Shown in pieces: positions 10,640 to 18,896 of a stretch of 64,000 nt of DNA. Made by a program: the position numbers and the translations under genes. Positions within the stretch are counted from its first letter, which is position 1, and each line of letters opens with the position of its first letter. The notes under the pieces were generated by a model, which ran no database searches, was not told where the DNA came from, and saw only the letters and a list, made by a program, of their open reading frames with translations. This DNA is from Mycobacterium sp. (GTDB lineage Bacteria > Actinomycetota > Actinomycetes > Mycobacteriales > Mycobacteriaceae): the NCBI GenBank assembly GCA_964203005.1, contig CAXNKV010000001.1, positions 102,712 through 166,711 on the forward strand, given 5' to 3'.

Positions 10640-11467
10640 ATGAGCGATCCACATCAGCCGGATTGGTCGGATCCGACGCAGGCCGCACCCATGGCGTATC
10701 CCCCTAATCCCGATCCGGCCTACGCTAAACCCGATCCGGCCTACGCCGTGCCGCCGTACACGGGAAGTTGGGGACCCGCCAATCCGGGGCCCGGTTATCA
10801 CCCGGGCTACGGCGCACCGATGAACCAGCCGACCGAGCAGTTTCCGACCTACTGGCAAGCCGGCCCGGGATATCCGCCGCCCCCTCCGCCGCCGAAGAAG
10901 AAGTCCCCGCGCTGGCTGTGGATCGCCGCGGCGGCCGCCGTGTTGCTGGTGAGCGGACTGGTGCTGGCGCTCGTGGTCGTGACGAGTTCGTCGCGGAATT
11001 CCACGATGGTCGCCCCGGCGACTCAGACGACCTCCGCGGCACCCACGACAAGACCCTCCCCGACGGCGCCGGCCGCGACGACACCGCGAGCGCCGATCCC
11101 CACGGTGTCACGGCCCCCGCTCCCCCCGGTCGCCGAAGAGCCGGTACCCACCGATTCAGAGCAGCCGACGAGTCCCGGTGAGACCACCACTGACCCGAGC
11201 CGGACCGAGGCGGTGACTTACACCGTGACCGGCGAGGGACGCGCCATCAACATCACCTACGTCGACACCGGTGGCGTCATGCAGACCGAGTTCAACGTCG
11301 TGCTGCCCTGGAGTCGGGAGGTGAGCCTGTCGGCCCCGGCCAAGACTTCGGCTAGCGTTGCCGTGCTTAACGTCGGCCGCGATGTGACATGCAGTATCTC
11401 AGTCAGCGGGGCCCAGGTACGCCAGCGCACCGGGCGCGGACTGACGATCTGCACGGGCGCCGCTTAA
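10640..11467 (+). CDS. Proline-rich membrane-anchored protein (Rv2507-like)
   Basis: 275 aa with a Pro-rich N-terminus, one TM helix (WLWIAAAAAVLLVSGLVLALVVV) and a C-terminal domain containing two Cys residues. Confidence 0.75.
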   Translation: MSDPHQPDWSDPTQAAPMAYPPNPDPAYAKPDPAYAVPPYTGSWGPANPGPGYHPGYGAPMNQPTEQFPTYWQAGPGYPPPPPPPKKKSPRWLWIAAAAAVLLVSGLVLALVVVTSSSRNSTMVAPATQTTSAAPTTRPSPTAPAATTPRAPIPTVSRPPLPPVAEEPVPTDSEQPTSPGETTTDPSRTEAVTYTVTGEGRAINITYVDTGGVMQTEFNVVLPWSREVSLSAPAKTSASVAVLNVGRDVTCSISVSGAQVRQRTGRGLTICTGAA

Positions 11468-12780
11468 CTCTGCTCGGCGCGAATATGGTCCGGCACCCGG
11501 ACCAACAGCATTCCCACCAAGCCGGCGAACAGCACTAGACAAATCCCGGCCAGTCCGGCGCGGTCTGCGTTGAACAGATCGACGAACACGAAGAAGAGCC
11601 ACGGCGCCAGGAAGGCGACCGCGCGGCCGGTGGTGGTATAGAGGCCAAACGCAATGCCCTCCTTGCCTTCTCCGGTCATCCGCAACAGCAGCGTTCGCGC
11701 CGCTGACTGGGTCGGGCCGACGAACAGGCACAGCAGCAGTCCGCATACCCAGAATGCTGTCGGGCCCGACAGTGCGAGCAATGCCATGCCGACGCAGATC
11801 ATGGCACTTAGCGATCCCACGATAATCGGCTTGGCGCCGAGGCGATCGTCGAGCAGTCCGCCCACCACCGCACCGAGTGCGGCCACCGTCGACGCGAACA
11901 CCCCAAAGATCAAGACATTGCCCGGTGAGATGCCGTACACACTCACGCCGAGTACCGCACCGAAGGCGAATACGCCGGAGAGTCCGTCCCGAAACACCGC
12001 GCTGACGAGTAGGTAGTAGACCAGGTTTCGGTCACGACGCCATTCGCTGCGAAGGTCGGACCACAACCGCTGGTACCCGCCGAGGAAGCTCGGCGGGGCT
12101 TCTGCCGAATTGTCGGCGCTCGCGAAGGTGTGTGCGGACAGCATCAGCGGCAGGCCGAAGACGAGAATCCAGACGGCGGCCAAAACCATTGCGGCACGGA
12201 CGTTCTGACCGTCCGCGGTGGGCAAGCCGAGTAGTCCACGGTGCGGGCCGTCGCCGGCGATGAAGCCGACGTACACCAACAGCAGCAGCACAACACTGCC
12301 CGCGTAGCCCGCGGCCCAGCCGAATCCCGAGATGCGGCCGGACGTCTGCGGGGTGGACAGCTGACGCAGCATCGCGTTGTAGGGAACACTGGCCAGATCG
12401 CTGCATGCCGCAGTGACGGCCAGCAGGGCCAAACCCGCTGGGAGATAACGTGGGTCGTCCCGGATGAGACTCATGGCGGCGGTGAACGCTGCGGCAAGGC
12501 CGGTCAGCGTCATCAGAGCGACCCGCCGCCGGTGCGGCGCTTGGACGAGGACGCCGGTAAGCGGCGCGAGCAGGGCGACAGTCAGCCCGGCAATGGTCAG
12601 TGCCCGGCCCAGCCAACTGGCCGGCGATGTGTCACCCGCAATGCCCTGGCCCACCGTGCCGGTCAGATAGACCGAGAACACGAAGGTCACCACGATCGCG
12701 TTGAGCCCGGTCGAGCCGCAGTCCCAGAGTGCCCAGGCCACGACCTTGGACCGCGGTGCCATGGGGTGCACCCTATCCAC
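11464..12780 (-). CDS. Multi-pass membrane transporter, MFS-like (Rv2508c-like)
   Basis: 438 aa with about 12 hydrophobic segments. An alternative start is ATG 12762 (MAPRSKVVAWALWDCG). Confidence 0.8.
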   Translation of the reverse strand: MDRVHPMAPRSKVVAWALWDCGSTGLNAIVVTFVFSVYLTGTVGQGIAGDTSPASWLGRALTIAGLTVALLAPLTGVLVQAPHRRRVALMTLTGLAAAFTAAMSLIRDDPRYLPAGLALLAVTAACSDLASVPYNAMLRQLSTPQTSGRISGFGWAAGYAGSVVLLLLVYVGFIAGDGPHRGLLGLPTADGQNVRAAMVLAAVWILVFGLPLMLSAHTFASADNSAEAPPSFLGGYQRLWSDLRSEWRRDRNLVYYLLVSAVFRDGLSGVFAFGAVLGVSVYGISPGNVLIFGVFASTVAALGAVVGGLLDDRLGAKPIIVGSLSAMICVGMALLALSGPTAFWVCGLLLCLFVGPTQSAARTLLLRMTGEGKEGIAFGLYTTTGRAVAFLAPWLFFVFVDLFNADRAGLAGICLVLFAGLVGMLLVRVPDHIRAEQS

Positions 12781-12798
12781 CCCGCCTACGATTACCCC

Positions 12799-13605
12799 AT
12801 GCCAGTTCCCGCTCCGTCCCCGGAAAGCCGGGCCGTCGTCACCGGGGCCTCACAGGGCATCGGCGCGGCGCTGGCAGCCGAGCTCGCCGCCCGCGGTCAC
12901 CATCTGATCGTCACTGCTCGTCGCGCCGAGGTTCTGGCGGATCTGGCCGAACGGCTGACGAACCGGTACGGCGTGACGGTCGAGGTGCGCGCGGTTGATC
13001 TGGCCGATCCAGGCGAGCGCGCAGGACTGGCCAATGAGCTTGCCGGACGAGACATCTCGATCTTGTGCGCCAACGCCGGCACCGCCACCTTCGGCGCGGT
13101 GGCGGAACTAGATCCGGTCGCCGAGCAGGCGCAGGTGCAACTGAACGTGCTCGGCGTGCACGATCTGGTATTGGCGGTGCTGCCCGGCATGCTGGCGCGC
13201 CGGGCCGGTGGCATCCTGATCTCGGGTTCGGCCGCGGGAAACTCCCCGATTCCGAACAACGCCACCTACGCGGCAACCAAGGCGTTCGCCAACACGTTCT
13301 GCGAGTCGCTGCGCGGCGAGCTGCGCGACACCGGAGTCCACGTCACGCTGCTCGCGCCCGGGCCGGTCCGTGCCGAAATGCCTGATGCGAGCGAGGCGTC
13401 GTTGGTGGACAAACTGATCCCGGACTTCCTGTGGATCTCCGTCGAACACACCGCCGTGCTGTCGCTGGATGGCTTGGAGCGCAACAAGATGCGGGTGGTG
13501 CCCGGTGTGACGTCCAAGGCGATGTCGGTGGCAAGTGGATATGCGCCACGAGCAATCGTGACGCCGATCGTGGGGATGGTTTACAAAAAGCTCGGCGGCG
13601 ACTAG
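12799..13605 (+). CDS. Short-chain dehydrogenase/reductase (Rv2509-like)
   Basis: ORF 12241-13605 trimmed to ATG 12799 (MPVPAPSPESRAVVTGASQGIG). It has the TGxxxGIG cofactor motif and YAATKAF (YxxxK). The upstream part of the ORF is antisense to the transporter gene. Confidence 0.88.
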   Translation: MPVPAPSPESRAVVTGASQGIGAALAAELAARGHHLIVTARRAEVLADLAERLTNRYGVTVEVRAVDLADPGERAGLANELAGRDISILCANAGTATFGAVAELDPVAEQAQVQLNVLGVHDLVLAVLPGMLARRAGGILISGSAAGNSPIPNNATYAATKAFANTFCESLRGELRDTGVHVTLLAPGPVRAEMPDASEASLVDKLIPDFLWISVEHTAVLSLDGLERNKMRVVPGVTSKAMSVASGYAPRAIVTPIVGMVYKKLGGD

Positions 13606-13630
13606 CGCCTGCGCGATCTGATGTCGGCGC

Positions 13631-15211
13631 CTAGCGCCTCCGGCGACCCGTACCGAAGATGCTGCGGGTGATCTCCCGGCCGATCACCGTTCCGGCTGAG
13701 CGCATCGCGCTCTTGAAGGCCGGATTGTCCATCACCTGCTCAAGCACGCCCGGTCCGGCATTCTCGACCGGCGCGGGCATGGGCGGCAGGTCGAAGTCCC
13801 CCGTCACGATGGGCGGAAGATCCATTGACACCGCACCGGTGTCGGATGCCGGCGGGGCCATCTTTGCGGCCAGCATCTCGTAGGCCGACTCGCGGTCCAC
13901 GGTCGCACCGTATTTGAGGAACAGCGGGCTGGCCTGGGCGGCGGCCTTGATGTAGTCGGGTCCGATGGTGTCCATCAACGACCGGGGCGAGCGCAGCCGG
14001 GTCCAGGACACCGGCGTCGGCGCACCCCGTTCGGAGAGCACAGTAACGATCGCCTCACCGATGCCCAACGCCGTGAGATCGGTTGCCAGGTCATAGAACG
14101 CGGTCTTGGGATAGGTACGCACCGTCTTGGCCAGCGCCTGCTGATCATCGGGGGTGAATGCCCGCAGTGCGTGCTGGATGCGAGCACCGAGTTGGGAGAG
14201 CACGGCGTTGGGCACATCGGTGGGCAACTGGGTGCAAAAGAACACCCCCACGCCCTTGGAACGAATCAACTTCACCGTCTGCTCCACCTGCGCCAGGAAC
14301 GCCTTGGACGCGTCGGTGAACAACAGGTGCGCTTCGTCGAAGAAGAACACCAGTTTGGGCTTATCGACATCGCCGACTTCGGGAAGGTAGGTGAACAGAT
14401 CGGCGAGCACCCACATCAGGAACGTCGAGAACATCACCGGCCGAGCAGCCTGTTCACCGACTTCGAAAAGGGTGATGATGCCGCGGCCCTGCTCGTCGAC
14501 GCGCAACAGGTCAGCGGGTTCGATCTCCGGTTCGCCGAAGAAGGTGTCACCGCCGGCGGCCTCAAGATTGATCAGCGCGCGCAGGATCACCCCTGCGGTT
14601 TGTGCCGACACGCCGCCGATCGCCTTCAACTGCTCTTTGCCCTCGTCGCTGGTGAGGTGGGTGATTACCGAGCGGAGGTCTTTCAAATCCAGAAGGGGAA
14701 GGCCCTGCTGGTCGGCCCAGTGGAAGATCAGGCCAAGCGTGGACTCCTGAGTTTGGTTGAGCCCGAGCACTTTCGACAGCAGGATCGGCCCAAAGGCAGT
14801 GATCGTTGCCCGTACCGGAACCCCGATGCCACCGGTGCCCAGCGAAAGAAACTCCACCGGGAAGGGCGATCCCACCCATTCGTCGCCGGTGTCTTTGGCC
14901 CGCTGGGCGGTTTTCTCGTTTGCTTCCCCGGGTCTCGTCAGCCCGGAAAGGTCGCCCTTGAAGTCGGCCATCACCACCGGCACACCGGCGGCGGAGAGTT
15001 GCTCGGCGATCACCTGCAGGGTCTTGGTCTTACCGGTTCCGGTGGCGCCGGCAACCAGGCCGTGGCGGTTCATCATCGACAGCGGGATGCGGATCTGCGC
15101 CGAGGGGTCCACCTCGCCGTCCACAATGACCGAGCCCAGTTCCAAGGCGGAACCGGTGGTGGCGTAGCCGGAGGCGATCTGCTGAGCGGGGGTTCCGGTT
15201 GGTTCGGTCAT
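13631..15211 (-). CDS. HerA-like/DUF853 P-loop ATPase (Rv2510c-like)
   Basis: 526 aa with Walker A GATGTGKTKT and a Walker B-like LVFFFDEAH. Confidence 0.85.
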   Translation of the reverse strand: MTEPTGTPAQQIASGYATTGSALELGSVIVDGEVDPSAQIRIPLSMMNRHGLVAGATGTGKTKTLQVIAEQLSAAGVPVVMADFKGDLSGLTRPGEANEKTAQRAKDTGDEWVGSPFPVEFLSLGTGGIGVPVRATITAFGPILLSKVLGLNQTQESTLGLIFHWADQQGLPLLDLKDLRSVITHLTSDEGKEQLKAIGGVSAQTAGVILRALINLEAAGGDTFFGEPEIEPADLLRVDEQGRGIITLFEVGEQAARPVMFSTFLMWVLADLFTYLPEVGDVDKPKLVFFFDEAHLLFTDASKAFLAQVEQTVKLIRSKGVGVFFCTQLPTDVPNAVLSQLGARIQHALRAFTPDDQQALAKTVRTYPKTAFYDLATDLTALGIGEAIVTVLSERGAPTPVSWTRLRSPRSLMDTIGPDYIKAAAQASPLFLKYGATVDRESAYEMLAAKMAPPASDTGAVSMDLPPIVTGDFDLPPMPAPVENAGPGVLEQVMDNPAFKSAMRSAGTVIGREITRSIFGTGRRRR

Positions 15212-15256
15212 AGCGAACGAGAGTACTGCGCTGGACGCAATGAACGAGGGTGAGCC

Positions 15257-15940
15257 ATGCGTGCGGGCCGCCGGGGCTTAGGGTTATTCGCTGTGCGGGA
15301 TGAACTGGTGTGGATCGACTGCGAGATGACCGGGCTGGACCTGCAGTCTGACAAGTTGATCGAGATCGCCGCACTGGTGACCGACGCTGACCTCAATGTC
15401 CTCGGCGACGGCATCGACGTGGTGATCCACGCCGACGACGAGGCACTCGACGGGATGGTCGAGGTGGTCGCCCGAATGCACCGGAGTTCGGGGCTGACCG
15501 AGGAGGTCCGGGCGTCGACCATCAGCGTTCCGGCAGCCGAGGAGATGGTGCTCGACTACATCCGCGCACACGTCCCCCAGGCCAAAACCGCCCCGCTGGC
15601 CGGAAATTCGATCGCCACCGATCGTGGATTTCTCGCCCGAGACATGCCCACGCTCGACGAGTACCTGCATTACCGGATGATCGACGTCAGCTCGATCAAA
15701 GAGTTGTGCCGCCGGTGGTATCCGAAGATCTACTACGGGCAGCCGGAGAAGGGACTCGCGCACCGGGCGTTGGCGGACATCCAGGAGTCCATCCGCGAGC
15801 TGCGGTACTACCGCCGTATCGCCTTCATTCCGCCACCGGGGCCGTCCACCAGCGAGATCGCCGACGCCGTCGTCGAGTTGGATCTACCAGGCGGCGGACC
15901 GCCGGATATTGATTCGGCCGTCGAACCCGAGAGCGGCTAG
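15257..15940 (+). CDS. orn: Oligoribonuclease
   Basis: 227 aa with the DEDDh exonuclease motif [14 protein letters not shown] and the C-terminal [17 protein letters not shown]. The start may lie slightly downstream. Confidence 0.9.
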   Translation: MRAGRRGLGLFAVRDELVWIDCEMTGLDLQSDKLIEIAALVTDADLNVLGDGIDVVIHADDEALDGMVEVVARMHRSSGLTEEVRASTISVPAAEEMVLDYIRAHVPQAKTAPLAGNSIATDRGFLARDMPTLDEYLHYRMIDVSSIKELCRRWYPKIYYGQPEKGLAHRALADIQESIRELRYYRRIAFIPPPGPSTSEIADAVVELDLPGGGPPDIDSAVEPESG

Positions 15941-15967
15941 ACTTAGCGAGCCGCACCACGCGGCGAT

Positions 15968-16041
15968 GGTGGCTGTAGTTCAGTTGGTAGAGCACCAGGT
16001 TGTGATCCTGGCTGTCGCGGGTTCGAGTCCCGTCAGCCACC
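15968..16041 (+). tRNA. tRNA-His (anticodon GTG) with encoded G-1
   Basis: Manual fold. G-1 plus acceptor GTGGCTG/CAGCCAC, anticodon stem CCAGG/CCTGG with loop TTGTGAT, T arm GCGGG-TTCGAGT-CCCGT. Confidence 0.93.
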
Positions 16042-16049
16042 CCGATGCG

Positions 16050-16092
16050 GAAAGCCGCTTCTGACCAGTTCAGAGGCGGCTTTCTGTTTTGT
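16050..16092 (+). terminator. Rho-independent terminator after tRNA-His
   Basis: 9-bp stem GAAAGCCGC/GCGGCTTTC with a 17-nt loop, followed by TGTTTTGT. Confidence 0.7.
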
Positions 16093-16264
16093 CGAAACGG
16101 TGACCTCAGGGGACCCCAATGCGCTACGCGAGCACCGCCTACCGCAGAGCCGAAGGGCCGCAACATAAGTTCTGAGACGCGTGCCGTACGGACCGGACAA
16201 ACTTCCATAACGGAATGTCCCGTCCCGCCCTCGTCGGGCGCTCGTGTGGCTGATCATTTTCTCC

Positions 16265-17512
16265 ATGAGCATGCAGACCACCGAACTAACCCGCGACCTG
16301 GCCGAGCGCGAGGATGCCGGCGACTACTTGTCCGTCATCGAAGGAGTCCGCGAACTAGTCTCGCTCAATCCCGCCACCGTCAAGGACCCGTGGATTAAAG
16401 GGTGGATCGGTAGACGCTGGCGCGACCTGTTTTTGCAGGCCGCGGTCAAGGACAACGCAGCACTGGAGTACGCCTCCAAGCCTGCATTGCTCGCACCGGT
16501 TCCGCTGCCGCCGTTTCTGAAGAAGTCCAACCCGCGCCAAGCCATCGCCGACCGTTTCCTCAAGGACGTACCCAACAGCGAATGGCAGGCGGAAATGCCT
16601 GCAGCACAGTATGACTCGATCGAGAACACCACCTTGATGCTGTGCGGCGGGCTGCTCACCGGACTGCTGCATGCTGACGCCCATGCCTTCCCGGTGGAGG
16701 CCGACCAGCTGTACAAGGACCGGGGCTGGCGCACAATCCGGGCCGACGTGCACCCGATGCGGTCCTGCAAGGCCAATGAGGCCGACATCGAGGCGGCGTT
16801 CCGGGGCGAGGGTCTCGACGCCCTGATGCGCCCGATCGAGAACCCGCAGCCGCCTGCGAAAGTCTTTATGCTCGGCTACAGCAAAGGCTCCCCGGACATC
16901 CTGTCGTTCCTGGTCAACCACCCCGAGTACAACGACCGGATCGCGGGCGTGTTCACCTGGGGCGGCGCGATCGGCGGCTCCTTCACCGCCGACGGCGTCT
17001 ACGGACAGATCAAGGACCTGCCAACCGAAGGCACCTACGGGTACGTCAGCACATTGTTGTCGGTGATCAGCCCGGCCATGGGGGGCCAGGTCGGCGTGCA
17101 CCGGTTCGACCAGTACGACGTCAAGGGGGCGCTAAAAGACCTGTGCACTGACGTCCGCGAAGCGTTCAACAAGAAGCACGCCGAGTACCTGGACGGCCTG
17201 GGTATGCCGATCTTCGCTCTCACCGGGGCAACCGTCCCGCTGGAGGTACCCAACATCCAATTCATGGACGCTGTGCGACTCAGCCAGACCGACGCCAACA
17301 ACGATATGCAGCTCACCCAGAAGCAGGCCATTCTGCCGATCGCCATGAACACCCATATCGCGATGGCACACGCCCACCATTGGGACATCGCGTACGACGC
17401 CTTTCCGCCGGCGATGCGCGCCATGAGCCCCAACCTCGAGCACCGTTGGCCGCGCTACGCTGCGCTGATAGCCAACTGGGAACTGCTCGCCGAGTTGGGC
17501 CTCATCGACTAG
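16265..17512 (+). CDS. Putative alpha/beta-hydrolase-like protein of unknown function
   Basis: ORF 16244-17512; the start is uncertain (GTG 16244, ATG 16265 or ATG 16271). It has a GxSxG-type motif FMLGYSKGSPD and later conserved-looking D and H residues (NNDMQ, HHWD). I recognise no family. Confidence 0.65.
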   Translation: MSMQTTELTRDLAEREDAGDYLSVIEGVRELVSLNPATVKDPWIKGWIGRRWRDLFLQAAVKDNAALEYASKPALLAPVPLPPFLKKSNPRQAIADRFLKDVPNSEWQAEMPAAQYDSIENTTLMLCGGLLTGLLHADAHAFPVEADQLYKDRGWRTIRADVHPMRSCKANEADIEAAFRGEGLDALMRPIENPQPPAKVFMLGYSKGSPDILSFLVNHPEYNDRIAGVFTWGGAIGGSFTADGVYGQIKDLPTEGTYGYVSTLLSVISPAMGGQVGVHRFDQYDVKGALKDLCTDVREAFNKKHAEYLDGLGMPIFALTGATVPLEVPNIQFMDAVRLSQTDANNDMQLTQKQAILPIAMNTHIAMAHAHHWDIAYDAFPPAMRAMSPNLEHRWPRYAALIANWELLAELGLID

Positions 17513-17632
17513 TCACCCCAGCTCTTGCGGCCGCGGAATTCCCGGAAAACCCCAGTCGGCAAGGTTTTCGGCGCGTACGTTTTCACCCAACGCTTCGCCA
17601 CTCGGCAGGACCACATCAGGAGGTCAAAACCC

Positions 17633-18896
17633 ATGAGAGCAGGACAGTATGTAGGCCGCGTCGGTGGCATTGCCGCGGCGCTGGGCGTGGGTGTGGCCAT
17701 CTTCGGCGGCACCGCGGTCGCCGGCGCCGATACCGCGGGACCGGACACCCGAGGCTTCCGCGGCAGCCAGCGCAGACTCAGCTCCCGCGCCCAAGCGCGG
17801 CTCGAGAGGCGCCGCCGCCGTCACATCGGATCCGGTCACCGCGTTGACGCGGGTGCGCGCGCGGTCGTCGGCTCCTGACTTGGCCCGAGCGATCACCGAT
17901 GCGCGACCGGTGTCGGCGGTCGCCGCTCGGAACGTCGCCGCGCTGACCGAGCCGTCGACGATCGCGGTCACCCTGCCCGCGCCGGCGGTCACCCCCGTGA
18001 CCGCGTCGGCAACCGCGGAGCCCGCTATCCCCCCGGCCTACGCGGTGAGCCCGCCAAATCCGGAGTCCACTACCGACACCCGCTATGGGCTTCTGGGCCA
18101 GTGGATGCTCAACAAAGACGGACAGGTAGCCGACTGGGTGGGTCTGCCCTACTGCGGCGCAGGCTCCACGTCGGCGAACTGCACGTCGGACAGTCCGGGC
18201 GCTAAGACCATGCAAGAACCGATCAACACGGTCTTCGTTGTCAAGGCCGGCAGTAAGTACGCCGCCGAATTGAGGCTCGACTTCGCGTTGCGCGCCGCAG
18301 GTTTCGGACCGTCCCCCTTCAGCAGCGTCGGCTACACGGCGATTCTCGGGGCCAACACCGACCCGCAGATGCCCGGCGGGGGTCTGCTCGGGCTCGGGTT
18401 CTTGCCTCCGCTGCCATTCGGGCTGGGCCAGAACGGACTGCTCTCCTTCACCGGCCTCGGATCCGCCTACCGCGACGCCCCGTTCTGGGGCGAAAACTCC
18501 CACCTGCGCACCTTCGGCGGCGAGTCGGACGGCAATGGCAACTACATCTTCACCGCCTCGGTGAGCGAGGAGAACCTCGACGCTACCGGCAGCGGCCTGC
18601 TGCCGACCCACGGCTTTGAGTCCTACAACACGGCCCGGACCGCACTGCTCGACGGGATGCTGCAGCGGCCGTGGTTGCCCTCGTGGGCGCTCGTTTACCT
18701 GCCGACCGGTGCGTCGAACCTGGGGACGATCGCCATGAACAACGCGATTTCGCCCGCCGATCCGACGTACACCACCGGCGACGCCGACGGTCTTGCCCAA
18801 GTGATCGCAGTCGGCTCGATGTTCGGCAACAGCCCGGCGCGGTCTACGGGCGCGGCGCGGACGCACAGGTCATTCGGGGCGGTCATCGCCGGGTGA
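17633..18896 (+). pseudogene. Secreted protein of unknown function with an apparently broken reading frame (signal peptide in one frame, body in the +1 frame)
   Basis: AGGAGG precedes ATG 17633, which encodes MRAGQYVGRVGGIAAALGVGVAIFGGTAVAGADT, a classical signal peptide. That frame turns Arg-rich and stops at 17878. The 410-aa frame 17664-18896 carries the plausible mature protein but has no signal peptide of its own. Confidence 0.5.

Noticed and set aside
12241-12798. Long N-terminal extensions of listed ORFs: 12241-13605, 26036-26641, 46565-47404, 56070-56882, 58342-59838 and 60457-62217.
   Set aside because: The extensions overlap neighbouring genes and translate to Arg-rich junk. Internal starts give proteins of canonical length with conserved N-termini (SDR, AcpS, RdgB, MurI, PncB).
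13631-15211. HerA-like DUF853 ATPase considered as part of a defence system.
   Set aside because: It is a conserved core mycobacterial gene (Rv2510c-like) in conserved synteny next to orn. It has no nuclease, Sir2 or other effector partner.
17545-17569. Weak hairpin GAAAACC-N11-GGTTTTC after the alpha/beta-hydrolase-like gene, considered as a terminator.
   Set aside because: The stem is only 7 bp and AU-rich, with no clear U tract beyond it. That is too weak to call.
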